A stretch of 63,983 bases of DNA, counting the filler, from Trypethelium eluteriae (taxonomy: Eukaryota), in NCBI GenBank assembly GCA_051942245.1. It is 5 parts of 5 records of this genome, joined end to end, with 100 filler letters (N's around TTAATTAATTAA, not from the genome) between each part and the next. Parts side by side here need not be neighbours in the genome. Positions count along the whole stretch, not along the records: positions 38,601 to 51,304 come from JAVECL010000759.1; positions 51,405 to 63,983 come from JAVECL010000766.1; 3 more parts are not named here. One strand, 5' to 3'. The position numbers and the translations under genes are program-made. Positions 39,306-52,194 of this stretch are shown here, in pieces (within the stretch, counting starts at the first letter, position 1; each line of letters begins with the position of its first letter). The notes beneath the pieces were generated by a model. The model was not told the origin of the DNA. It saw only the letters and a list, made by a program, of their open reading frames with translations, and searched no databases.

Positions 39306-40454
39306 TCACTCAGGATCATCCGCATCCCAGGAGTCTTCGTACTTGACCGGGTCCAATTCCACCTTCGCCCCATCGTACATCAGGAAATGGTTCCTCTTGA
39401 TGAGCGTCCAATCTGACGCTTTGTACGTGCTGGGCTCCGAAGCTACAATGAGGTGGCCGCCGTGCTCGTCTTCGCGTTTCATCGCAATAGGATTCTCAGT
39501 CCCGTCCGAGCGCTCGGGGTACTTCCTGTTCAGCTTCACGCCCGCAGTAGTTGAGTAGTACAGCGACGGAGGCTCCTCGGTCTTGTGGTTCCTGAAGCGG
39601 ACCGTCACCAGCTTCTTACCATCTGTCAACGCCAGATTCAAGCTATTCGGCCGTTTCTTCTGACCCAAGACATCATTCTGCAACTTCACCACCAAGGCAA
39701 TCGTCCTTTGCATAGCGTCAAGCATGTCGTGCAGCTCATAGCTTACTTCCCAGGCCGCTCTTCCTTTGCCCCCTGTCAAAAACGTCATGTATACAGCCGC
39801 CAAATGCTCCGAATCTGTGGACCCCTGGATGTTCGCAAACGCATCGTCGTCTATCAGCTGTGATAGTTGCCTCTGGATCCGCACAAAATCTGACACTACC
39901 CCATTGTGCATGAACGCATATCTGCCAAATATGAATGGGTGATTGTTCACACTGGCAATCGCCGTGGCGGAGGCGGCACGAATATGTGCGAAACAGCACC
40001 TTGTACTGGTATTTGCACAGATGCTACGGAAATTGAAATCGTTAAGAGGGGGCTGGATGGTCTTGTACATGGCTGGGCGTAGACCCTCGTTGATCACAAC
40101 AGTGCCGCCGATGTTTGGGGAGTGGAAATCGGATTTTGCGGAGGTATACCAAGCGACCCCAAGACCATCAATGTTGTACAGGACATTGCGAGCATCGATT
40201 TGCTTTTGCTGGTCGCGAACATTGACGGCGGAGTCGTGATGGATAAGCTTTGGGAGGTAGTGGTCGTGGACTTGTTTTGAGAGGGAGTGTTTGGGGCTAA
40301 TGAGGACGTCTTCGAGGAGGCAGGGTTCCGAGTGAGAGATGTAGGCGAACCAACTAAGAGATTAGTCTCTGGAATTTGCTGAGTTTGTAGAAGATTTTGG
40401 TGCTTTGAAGTGCGGAGTACGACGGAAAACAACTTTGTAAACCTACCGACACAT
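39306..40454 (-). CDS. Class II glutamine amidotransferase (Dug3-like Ntn hydrolase)
   Basis: Spliced start MCRWFAY with the catalytic Cys2, NIDGLGVAWY, FAHIRAA, NNHPF, FMHNG, GSTDSE, VASEP. Confidence 0.88.
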
Positions 40455-40772
40455 GATAATTGCTCAGGTCTCTGGGGAAAAGGGCGTTACTCTAGTGACA
40501 GACTAGGTGATAGTGCCAAGAGTATTGAAAGTCCTTCCACTGTTGAAGTGTAGAAAAGTCTATTACCCCGCCCAGAGACTGCCTTTTCAATTGGTGAGAC
40601 TTGATCTTGCTTGTTTATGCAATGACGTGTGATTGGAGCAAGGATAGTTCTCTGGACCTGCATTAGCGTCGCTGGCGCGTAAAAGGTAAGAACGAACTTG
40701 AGCTTTAGCCTCCACCTCTGCGTGGCTCCTTCTGTTCCCACCCACGCGACAATCCAGAGTTAGCCAACGACA

Positions 40773-41743
<971 letters not shown>

Positions 41744-42758
41744 GGCGGTCCGAAGGAAACATGCTTGAGTTGAAGAAGTGAGTTCATTCAATGATTTTAA
41801 CGATGAGGAAGCCCCCAGTTCTCTGGGTTATTCGCGAGGTCCAGCCACTCCTCCACGGCGTCCAAGGGCAATCTATAGGCCTGAGGACCTTATACCTGCG
41901 TTCTAGCCGGCATGGGCGTTATACGGGTGATGTTCATAACTCCAGTCCGAAGACTTACAGCGTCGGTAAGATTCGTGTAGAACAAATATCACAGTTGCTC
42001 GTCTCACACGCATTTCTTTGCTCTTGGATTGGGATTTTTGTGATCGTGAGGTCGATGTCCTGGATGAATATCGTGGATGACTGCACGGCAGTAGCAGTTT
42101 CCCACTAATCTACTTCCAAAAAGTCGCCATCAAGCTGGGAGCATCTTTCCTAGCCACGCAAAGGCAGCCCAACCTGATCTTTACTTCCAGTAGCATTTGC
42201 CCCATTGAATCATGAGTTTATTCATACAACAGTTTGATTCCGCCCCTGTATTTGCAATTTGGGGCCCTGCCCAACTGAACTTCTCATGGCATTCACCCAC
42301 GTTCCAAAAGAAGCAAGTCGCGCTAGCCCGACCCCAATGCTGCTTACCCTGGTTGGCCATATTGTGGCAGAGAAGCACTTTGTATATGTGGCCAGTCCGG
42401 GAATTGCGTGAATACTTTGCCTCAGCTTGCTGCGGATTCACCTCGGAGTTGCGTACGCACACAGGGTTTCTCGCAAAACGCCAGTGCTATTGAAGCTCGA
42501 TCCCTACTGCTTCAGTGCCATTACATGAGTTCTAAAAAGGTCAGATGCTGAAGCGCTACGAACGGTGATAGGATTGGCCAAAAGATGACATTTCAGGACA
42601 GACTTCTCATCGGAATTTAGGTGTTGACGCAACGTTTCGGCATTACCGATCCTTATCACCGTCATGCTAAAGGATATTGCTAAGACATAAAGGTTGGCAC
42701 CACTCTCTACAGGGTTGATCCATCTGAGTCTTCAAATCTCTGTCGTGAAGGTCAGGAC

Positions 42759-43567
42759 ATGAAGCTCTTATTGGCTTATCTTATGTTGCCCGTTTCAATA
42801 GCTAATTCGTCAGCTATCTCTCCCAGGAATGATTCTAAACCCGGTATTAGTGTTGTGTGAGTTTTTCAGATCCAATCACGTTAACAGATTTTAACTCTCG
42901 TCTCAGTCACGCAGCCCATCCATTAGAACATCGACTCGTTTTTAATGTTTCTAATTATCCGGATACGCTGAACAGTTCTAGACTTTCGAAGAGAGTACCT
43001 GTACGCGCTATAGCAGATTGCCCAACTCCGAGCATGGACCCCCGCTACACTATCTTCGTGTCATCTAAATGTCAAGACACAGTGAGTCCAAGACCGTATT
43101 CAGTTGTGTGCCAGCGGAGCCCAATATCCACTCACCAATATCTTGTCGGAACGGGCACTTGTAATGATAACGAAGTATGCGTTGATCATCCAGGTAGTGG
43201 GAATAGACCTGCGGTAGCAGCGTGTCTTTCCGAGACCTTCGCATTGAAAGTCTTCGAAACTCAACTGAAAAATGAAGTTCAGCGATTTACCGATCATATT
43301 AAGGACCCATCTTCCAGCGCGAAGACTAATTTTGCGCTCGTTTTGACCGGCCACGATCATGATCATGTCCTCTTTGAGACTCGCAAGATAAGCGTTGCTC
43401 CAAGAGATTCGGACAACAAAGTTCTCGCCCAAGCAACTTCATGTGAGAATTGCAACAACCTCAGGCTTCTAAATTTGCCAGCAAATGCGGAGAACTTCGA
43501 CATAAACATAACACTAACGAATGTCCACGATGTACTAAATATAAAGACATACGGATGGTTCTCGTAG
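42759..43567 (+). CDS. Secreted cysteine-rich protein with a putative Kex2-cleaved pro-domain; FOLD/SIX6-like effector candidate
   Basis: Signal peptide MKLLLAYLMLPVSIA, intron 42844-42887, LSKR dibasic site, then CP..SxC..C..CxxxEVCV..AxC and a beta-rich C-terminal half with CxxC. Confidence 0.72.
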
Positions 43568-45088
43568 GCAGTTGGCATTTGCAGTACTTGTCACTTGCTA
43601 GTATGGGGTAGAGTCAAATGGTCTACTATACTGGCTTTATTACCAAAGAAGGAGATGTATCCTCAGAGCTGGCTCTCATTCTCATTCAAGTCAGAATGCT
43701 AGTCCTTCGCAAAAAAACTTCTTTTAGCGATGTGATGCGCGAATCGCATTCATACACTACCCTTTCATACAGGTCGCTCCGCTCTCGGCCTAACACCTAT
43801 ATCCAGCTATCTTGGATTTCGAGGTAGAGCCGTGGTCAGTTCATGAGTTCCTTAACAGGCGCACCTGTGTCGGCAGCTGGCTCTTCCGTGACGACGTCCA
43901 AGGCCCGGTTAGTAGACAGAATAGGCGCGTCGCAATCCTTCACATATCCGGTAGATTCACACGTCCTATGCGAGCTGCTTTCTAAAATGCCTACCGAAAG
44001 TGCCGACGCCAGTAGCACCAAACAAGTTCTCCTTACGCATCAAGGAGATCCAAGCGCATGATCTGAGTCGCCTGATCGATCACCGCATTGAACAAAAAAT
44101 CACGAGGTTGGTGCATCTAGAGGAGACGAAAGGGATGCAGCGGTTTGGTGTCTGGGAAGAGGAATGGGGTCGAATATTTGAAATCGTGTATGTCTCTCTT
44201 TTGGAAGGCTTCTGCTAGAGCTGAGCCAATGTCACCGGCACTGCAGCCTGTGCCGAGTGCTGTCTTCATGTTTGACTGGGGAGGGACATTAACAGAGGAG
44301 CGGTTCGAATGATCTGGAAGAAATTTGGATGGAGTTTTTGCTGTGTCATTTGGAAGAGTCTAAGCATTACAAGGCTGAGGTGACGTTCTCTGAGAGTGTG
44401 TCTCAAGACAGAGAACGGTGCGGTCCGGTGCAGTATCTCCGATGTTCAGATGCTCTTTTCAGCGTACCATAAGTGTCCGAACTGGGGCTCTGGACCAGCC
44501 CTGCTAGAAACATATCATTCAGGGTTGTATGGAGTACTCTGCGGGCGAAATCTGAACCTAGAGGACCGGACCGGCACATGTGAATTACCCGGTATCTTTC
44601 CGAGCACAAACGACATACATAGCATTAGCGGCGTGCCTATTGTTTCTACCGCCTTTCGTCGGGCTACGTTGTTGGGACGCATCTCAGCTTTTTTGTGGCA
44701 ACCGTATCGATGATAACACTAATTACCGCGCAATTTTGTTGATCAAGCATCTGCTCGACGAGGCGCTATATCTCTTCAGCGTTACCAATCTATTCACTAC
44801 AGGCGTATCATTTCCACTCGTAGGAACTACGTCTTGCTGTTACACAGGCGACCAGGATCTCTCGCTAGGAAGTAGTCGGACGAATATCGTTTTTGCCTTG
44901 CACAAAGACCGTGCCTCTCCATGGGTAGTCAGCCTGGCTGGGATTATCTTGAAGGCAGCCGCCGAAATGGTCTTGCTGCGGGAATACATTTTGGAACTTC
45001 TTTTACCAGACATCATGATCCCGAAATCCTTCCATTGGGTTCTTTTTAAGTAACCTTGCAATTCCATCGCCGCATCTACGGACTTACG

Positions 45089-47011
45089 ATGCTCTGTGAA
45101 AAATGCAAGCCTATGTTTCAAAGCTGCGCATGGGGCGACCATCATCCAAACCTCCCATCCTTCAAGAGAGCAGCAGCTAGCGGCTGCTATATATGCAAAC
45201 CTCTGTTACAGTACGCCCTCAAGAACTCCGATACTCCTGAAGACTGTATAAAAAAGCGGTATCAGTATCGTGTCTCTAAGCATGAAACGGATACGCAAAT
45301 CATCATCGACATGCCAATGCTGAAAGATGGAGAAGAAATTACTATCCACAGAACTTTTCAAGCGGTGCCAATCTCGGAACTCCCCACAGATTTCACTGTT
45401 AGGGATAGGACTTTAGCTTTACCATTATTGGATGCCATTCGGAATGCTCAAAGATGGATGGACGAATGCTTGAGTGGGCATGAGCAGTGTCAGAAGAACA
45501 CGCGAACAAAGTTCTATCCTACGCGATTACTTGAGCTGGGCGAATCCACAATGCGCATTGTTTTGACAGCTCAAAAGAAGCCTAGTCATCCCTATGCGAC
45601 ATTGAGCTACTGCTGGGGTCTCAATCCCAGCTTTCTCCGCCTTACAGCGTCAAATCTCTCGAGGTTCCAAGAAGAGATTCCTTGTTCTGAGCTCCCAATC
45701 GCCTTCAAGGAGGCTATATACTTCGTCAAAAGTCTTTCCATCCGCTACATCTGGATTGATGCTCTTTGTATCCTCCAATCTGGTCTGGGGGCTATAGAGG
45801 ACTGGCGCTCCGAGTGCATCAAAATGCAAGACGTATACTCAAACTGCATCGTCAACCTTTCTCTTTCCAGAGCTGCGCACCCAAACGCAAGCTGTTTTGG
45901 GGGATGTACCCCTGAAGCGACGCTGCCGTTTGAAGTTGAAACAACGGGAATTTATGGCGATGGTGACTTCGCAAAACACACTTGCGCTGTCGTCTCTTGG
46001 GAGTACTACCAGGAAGCGCTCTACGACCAGCCACTTGGGTTCCGTGCTTGGGCTCTTCAAGAGCGGATTCTTTCTCCGCGCGTCTTGAGCTTTGGCTGTG
46101 GACAGCTCTTCTGGGATTGTGTCCAATGCCCGCACGCAAGCGAGTCATTCCCGTGTGGCCTCGCGAACCTCTCACAGAGTTTTTGCCTTACTGAAAAGGC
46201 CATTCCGAGTACATCAGATAGCAGGATACTTAATTCCACCTGGTGGCGCCTGTTAGAGGAATACATCAATTGCGACCTCACATTTCCTGAGACAGATAAG
46301 TTGATGGCCCTGTCCGCCGTTGCAACACGGATGGCAAGCGCGATGGACGACGTCTACATCGCGGGTCATTTTTGGAGAACTCTACCGCTTAGTCTGAATT
46401 GGCAAGTGAAACCTCCGCTTACGCTCGAAAAACGACATAGGGAGATACCGCGAAGGATTAACGGATCGACGACAGTCGAGGAGCGCCAGAGACAGAACCA
46501 GACTCCAAGCTGGAGTTGGGCATCGATGCATGGGCCCGTGTTCATACCGTTGCTCATAGAGCCCAGTGGAGACTTTTCACTGGCAGATGCGGAGGCGTAT
46601 ACAGTGAGTCCAGTGGACGAGAGGAATCCGGCAGGTCCGATCGCTTCTGCGAGTCTTACAATTAAGGCACACTGTGCAGAGATAGAATGGACGCGAGAGG
46701 GCCCTCACGTGTTGTGTAAATCGAGGTTATTGGTCGATGGACTCTACATTCTCGAGGTTAACGCAGATGATCCGGACGACAAACCAACGGACGGAGCCAC
46801 GTTTTGGCTTGCTGCGTTAGCTGAGGATGATTGGTTAGGTATGTGGGAGGGTTTGGTTCTAGAAGAGACGGACTATAAAGGGGAAAGACTGTATAGGAGA
46901 AGAGGACATTATAGGCTTTACGACTCACAGATGCTGGAGCGGAGATCTTCCTGGAGGGATGATCTTAGAATAATGTTTGGACAGGAGAAAATGGCACTTA
47001 CTTTGATATAA
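45089..47011 (+). CDS. HET-domain (heterokaryon incompatibility) protein
   Basis: MLCEKC start, GCYIC, WMDECLSGHEQC, PTRLL, YATLSYCWG, IRYIWIDALCILQ, MQDVYSN, RAWALQERILSPRVL, PSWSWAS. Intronless. Confidence 0.93.
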   Translation: MLCEKCKPMFQSCAWGDHHPNLPSFKRAAASGCYICKPLLQYALKNSDTPEDCIKKRYQYRVSKHETDTQIIIDMPMLKDGEEITIHRTFQAVPISELPTDFTVRDRTLALPLLDAIRNAQRWMDECLSGHEQCQKNTRTKFYPTRLLELGESTMRIVLTAQKKPSHPYATLSYCWGLNPSFLRLTASNLSRFQEEIPCSELPIAFKEAIYFVKSLSIRYIWIDALCILQSGLGAIEDWRSECIKMQDVYSNCIVNLSLSRAAHPNASCFGGCTPEATLPFEVETTGIYGDGDFAKHTCAVVSWEYYQEALYDQPLGFRAWALQERILSPRVLSFGCGQLFWDCVQCPHASESFPCGLANLSQSFCLTEKAIPSTSDSRILNSTWWRLLEEYINCDLTFPETDKLMALSAVATRMASAMDDVYIAGHFWRTLPLSLNWQVKPPLTLEKRHREIPRRINGSTTVEERQRQNQTPSWSWASMHGPVFIPLLIEPSGDFSLADAEAYTVSPVDERNPAGPIASASLTIKAHCAEIEWTREGPHVLCKSRLLVDGLYILEVNADDPDDKPTDGATFWLAALAEDDWLGMWEGLVLEETDYKGERLYRRRGHYRLYDSQMLERRSSWRDDLRIMFGQEKMALTLI

Positions 47012-47409
47012 GCGTAATGCCTGTACTTCGACCACTAAATCAGTCTCATTCGATCATTCACTCAACTATCTCGAGTAACATTTGAGCACTGTCTATGTCA
47101 CTGCTGCACTGAATATCACGAAGAGTAGTCTTGGGGTCAAGGGGCGTAATGAACCCAAGATCCGGAATTTTTGGTGTGCCTTGGTGCAACGTACGCCGAT
47201 GCTTAGCTACGTCGTCTGAGATGTCGTCACATTTAGATCTGTTGGTCATTTCCAATGCAATATATTTTCGTTGTGCTGGTTTAAAATATAGACATGAAGC
47301 GGGACGAATCGCCCATTTAGCAGACTTTGAAGCTGTATAAAGTTGCTTCTCACTTCCCAGACTTTCCTCCGTTCAACGACAGCACTCCTTCCAGTAAAAG
47401 CTTCTCCAC

Positions 47410-48128
47410 TTAGGCAGTGACAGTGTATTTGCTAGATCCAGTAGCACTACCCCAGCCCTCAGTGGCAATCACCTGGTAATCGAGCGTGCCCAAGTTCAGG
47501 CCAAGCTTGGACCACTCTGAAACGTGGTTGGCAAAGGTGACAGTACCGCCGGAGCACCGCTGGCTTTGACGGACGGAGATGTACTGGTTGAAGGTTGCAG
47601 TACCCGAGATAGAAGGCTGGTTGACTTGTTGATGTTCGTAGACGGTGTATGTTGAGCCGTCACTCGTGAACGTGCCCTTCACTGTACCCGTGGTAGGGGC
47701 GGTGGTGTAGCATTCTTGAACGTAGTACTCAACGAGCGGGCTCTTGCTCCAACCATAGAGTGAGACGAGGACGGTTCCGGCGCTGTGGGACGTAGAACCA
47801 GAGAAGGTGATATCCCTGCATAATAGTGAGACTTGTTGAATGATGAGATTGGATGCAGAGAGATCTACCTGCTAGTGCTACCCGTAGTCCATCCCTTACC
47901 GACAACGAAATCTGCGGCGCCAGAGAACGAGACGGAGTATCCGTTGCTAGCGGGACTATAATTTACGGTACCGCCAGTGGTATAGTCTTGGTTATAGTCC
48001 TGGCGGCGGACTAGCTTGTTGCTGAGCTCGAAGTCGGGCTCGGCGTTACGCTCAAGGGACTCAGTCGGGATAGCGAAAGCCGTAGCTGCTGCCGAAAGGG
48101 CGAGGACGAGGGAGTTGAGGGCAACCAT
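47410..48128 (-). CDS. Secreted GH11 endo-1,4-beta-xylanase
   Basis: Signal peptide and LVRR pro-site. DFVVGKGW, YGW..PLVEYYVQE (nucleophile), NQPSISGTATFNQY, IATEGW (acid/base). One intron at about 47868-47817. Confidence 0.95.
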
Positions 48129-48650
48129 AATGACAGTAGTGATTCTCTGGAACTACGAGAGGCGACGAGCTTGATGAGAGTTAGGGTTGGAGCGAACATC
48201 CCGAATTTATATCCCACGACCATTGTATGTACGGTGGCACTACTCTCTGTTGTTATTATCCGGGCAAAGCAATTAGCGCTGACCAGCCTACGTAGTATTG
48301 CCTTGAATAGTTTGATGAAGGATAGTGAGAGGGGCTGTCAAGGATGGAGGTAGGAGATTCTCGAGCTATGAAGTGTCGGTCCCGCGTCCCTGATAAATAG
48401 ATATGAATATATCTCCTATTAAGGCCGGTATAGGGCATTCGTGTATTTTAGTCCAAAGCCAGTATTGAAGATCTGCTTCTCGGATAAGTGGATGGGGAAG
48501 ACGAGAAAGCTCCTCCAATGTCATTGGTCTGTTAAAAGAGAATTAAGGACTTCTTGCATGGTTACCTTGAAGATAGGCGTTTTAAACGAATGAATTACTG
48601 AAGGAATGGTAGTGATAGCTCCACCAATCGGCAACGCTTGATGTGCGTCA

Positions 48651-48691
48651 CCTTGTTTCAAACGTTGCGGCTAGTAAGCCTTGAAACAAGG
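48651..48691. promoter_or_regulatory. 11-bp inverted repeat enclosing an XlnR-like GGCTAG site, upstream of the xylanase
   Basis: CCTTGTTTCAA (48651-48661) and TTGAAACAAGG (48681-48691) are exact reverse complements. GGCTAGTAAGCC lies at 48669-48680. Confidence 0.35.
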
Positions 48692-49795
48692 CGAATATCG
48701 GCAGCTCGGGATTTCTAATAGGGTTTGTTCAGGCTATTCAAGCACTCCTGGAGAAATCCTAAGTTGGAAACGATGATTTAGTTAGGGCTCGTGATCTTTT
48801 TGGAGTTTTTGATGTCCTCCTTTGCAAAATACCCCTCATTTCAGTGGATGGTGTAGTGTAAATGCTAAGGACTTTGCGCGCTGTCTCTAGAGAGAAGCCA
48901 AAGTACTCTATTCTTTTATCCGCGCGGCCCTGAACTCGATGGGACATGGGAGCAACCAAACAGTCGCCTCTACATCTGGATGCTCATTTCCCTTTCTGAT
49001 GCGGAACTACGTCAGTTCTTCTGGTTGCTTGGCTGTCTCGCTCTCACAACGGAGATCCACAGTGCGCTGGAATAAGCTCCAAGGATCGAGATGATACGTC
49101 GGCTTCTTTAGGGGAACTTTACGTGCTTCAAACGTTCTGTCAAAGAGATTCAATGGTCTAAGAGAGTTTTTCAGCAGACTGTTGGTATGTAGGAGTTTGC
49201 AAGTCCGATAAAATCCTGGGTGTTGCAAGACCATGCAGTTTTTCACGCGACAGAAATTGTAACTGTCGGCCTTCAAATGTAACCCATGCTCATCAACAAT
49301 GACACCCAATGACTTCATTCCATGAATCAACATTTCGCAGACAGCCAAATTTGCAAATGATCAAGTCTCCTCCAGTCTTCCGCGCATTAGTCTTCCGAAT
49401 TCAACGTGCTTTTCGCGATCCTGTTGCACATCAAAGCCTCACCTAGATGTGCGGAGCGGAATTAGGCCAAAAATCGCTAAGTAGTCATTAATGACAATTT
49501 TGATGGGTGAAAACAGGACCTTTCAGATCGATCGGCATTGTCAAAAATTCGAAGAGCCCTTGTTGAGTGTGGGAAAGGTGTGAGAAATTTCGGTCTCTCT
49601 TTCATTCAGGCGCAATCGCATGCCAAAACAATATCAAGATCTGTCAAGTACCTCGCCATTTCCGAGTGTTCAAATTCTTCTCCGTGAATTGCAGCGGCAC
49701 ATAGTCCTCAGCAACAATTGTGTTGATAGCACAGAAGCCGACACAAAGGCGTTGGAACTTGTTTACTGAATGCGCGTGTGGGAACCAGCCGCATC

Positions 49796-50842
49796 TTACT
49801 CCTTGATCCGAAGAAGCTTTGCCGCATTACCATGAATAAAAGCCTCTAGATCGTCACCCGTCAATAGGCCCTCTTTCTCAATGTCTTCTACAAAGTTCTT
49901 CCCCTTCTCATTGTTCGAAAACGGATAGTCGATGGAGAAGAGCACATGATCGAGTAGGGACACCTTGAGCAAACACGCTAGCGGTGCAGTGTCAAACATG
50001 CCGCTCGTCGTGACCCAGACATTGGCACGCCACACCTCTCCTAGAGGCCGCTTCAAATGTGACCAGCGGCTTGTTGCTAATTCTTGGCGCTTCAGCATGA
50101 AGGGCAAAGTCTCGCCCGTATGACCTAGCAAAATTTTTAGGCGAGGGAAGCGATCGAACACCCCGGCAGCGAAGAGGCGGAGGAAATGCAAGCTACACAT
50201 TGTTCATCAGTGCAATTCTCCTTTGCAGACTTCGAAGTGTCTGTATCTGATATAAACAAAAAGAACTTACCCCGTCTCAACGTGCCATCCAAAGACCCAG
50301 GCCCCTAGACCTTTTGCCACATCTTCACCGTAATTCCCCCTATAGTTGACTCGCATCATTTCTTCACTTGCATAGCAGGGATGCACATAAATCGGCACAT
50401 CCAATTCCTGCGCCTCCTTCCAAACGACATCCCATTCAGGCCCATCGTAGAACACACCTTCCGAGTGCGTGTCCACCAGAGCGCCAACAAACTCCAGATC
50501 CTTGACAGCCCTCCTCAACTCTGACGCTGCAGCCTGAGGCTCTGACATTGGTAGAGCAGCGAACCCTGTAAAACGATTCGGATGGGCGAGAACGGCCGCG
50601 TGAAGCTCGTCGTTGATGGCAGCACAGAGCGTCGGGTCGGGGGCCGTTTGGAATGGAGTATGGGAGATGACCTGACGAACGATGCCGCCTGCGTCCATGT
50701 CGGCTAGGCGAGTAGCTGAGAGAGAAGAGAGTTTGCTGCCAATGGCAGGCCCAAATTCGGAAGTAGGAGCTCCATAGATCTTGGTGGCTGCCTTGGAGGT
50801 GAAGTGTTCTTCTAAAGTAATGAACGGGATGCGGGCAGACAT
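49796..50842 (-). CDS. Amidohydrolase-2 family metal-dependent decarboxylase/hydrolase (aromatic acid decarboxylase-like)
   Basis: ITLEEHF, RLADMDAGGI..QVIS, FAALPM, PIYVHP, GVFDRFPRLKILLGHTGETLPF, VTTSG, LFSIDYPF. Intron at about 50270-50193. Confidence 0.9.
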
Positions 50843-51304
50843 TTTGAGATTCAAGCGATGTACTGCACGTAGAAAAGACATTCACAGCCTGTGTCGAAAA
50901 GAATACATCCTAATGATCAGCCTTTATATTGGACTTACCGGACTTTCCAACTACGCGGGCGTTAACATTGCTAAACTCCGACCAAAGGATTCTCTGAGAG
51001 TCAGACTAGTCGTTCATAAACTACGCGATACTACTTCAAGCTGAGTACTTCGGACTGTGGGATTTCTTAGAACCTGTGCAAAAAAATCCGGCAGTAGAAA
51101 GTAGCGAAAAGGGAGAAGGAGGAATAAAGGAGGAATGAAGGACTAGGAAGAATAGGCCTTACTATTATGTGAGCCTGCAGGAGTGGGTGAGCTCCCCCGC
51201 CAAAATCTCAGCCACTTGCACCGCCATCGAGCCTCGGCGTCCACATCTCAATAGTCAAAAGGCAGGTACCTTATGTACCTACTTTATAGAGCACATACCA
51301 TGGA

Positions 51305-51404
51305 NNNNNNNNNNNNNNNNNNNNNNNNNNNNNNNNNNNNNNNNNNNNTTAATTAATTAANNNNNNNNNNNNNNNNNNNNNNNNNNNNNNNNNNNNNNNN
51401 NNNN
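51305..51404. other. Artificial contig-joining spacer
   Basis: 44 N + TTAATTAATTAA + 44 N. Confidence 0.97.
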
Positions 51405-51822
51405 CCTCCATCAGCCCACCATTCTCCCCCCGCGTCGCCCGACACACCTCGACCACCCGCACCGCCAGCTCGAAGTAGAAATCCTGCACGCTCGAACCCA
51501 GCATCTGGGCCCAAAGACTGCCGCCACCTCCTCCCTTCCCCGCCGCCGCCGCTGTTCTCGGCTTCTGACTCGACGCCAGCGGATCCACGCCAATGGCGTT
51601 GCACATGCGGGCGAACTCGGCGCGGAAGCCCGGGTCGGCGCGGATGTCCTTGGCGTGCGTGACGGAGAAGGTGTGGAGTAGGGACTGGAAGACTTCGAGC
51701 TGCGAGGATAACGCGGCGGTCTGCGAGGCCCGCAGCGTTTGGCCGTGCGTCGTGTATTGGGACTGCGTGAGCTGGGAGCGGGAGAAGGCGGAGAGGCCGG
51801 GGCGGCGGCGCGTTGAGGACAT
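51405..51822 (-). CDS. SNF8: ESCRT-II subunit Snf8/Vps22 (5' fragment)
   Basis: RRRPGLSAF..QLEVFQSLLHTF..DIRADPGFRAEFARMCNAIGVDPLAS..DFYFELAVRVVEVC..TRGENGGL. Confidence 0.93.
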
Positions 51823-52009
51823 GGTTGGGCTGGAGAGGTGGGAGATTGAGGATGTGGAGTGGAAGTGGGATATGGAGGGATGAGCGATAGGGTTGTGGAG
51901 TGATGGGGTTATGGAATTGAATATAAGATACTACAGGTTCAGAAGCGAGCTAGCACGGCTGAAGTTGCCATGAACGATCAAGTGGGCCGTGCTTTTTTTT
52001 TATACTACG

Positions 52010-52017
52010 CACGTGAC
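52010..52017 (-). promoter_or_regulatory. Cbf1-type bHLH site (GTCACGTG) in the SNF8/RPL7 divergent promoter
   Basis: CACGTGAC about 180 bp upstream of the RPL7 ATG, next to a poly-T tract. Cbf1 is known at ribosomal protein promoters in some fungi. Confidence 0.4.
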
Positions 52018-52194
52018 TAACTATGTCTTTCCGGCCCGTGGCAGCGGCAAGCGGCCAAGCATGGGCCACGCCGTCAGGAAGATAGTTTTTCCTACCCGTA
52101 GAAAGCGCAGCACACCGCACACATACCTACCAAGCTAAACGCCAAATTCTCAAGGAACCAGAACCTTGTGCCGACTCTCATTCAAATCGCCAAA

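Noticed and set aside
49007..49348. 113-aa minus-strand ORF between the xylanase and the amidohydrolase
   Set aside because: Non-ATG start and no recognisable domain. At best a decayed remnant.
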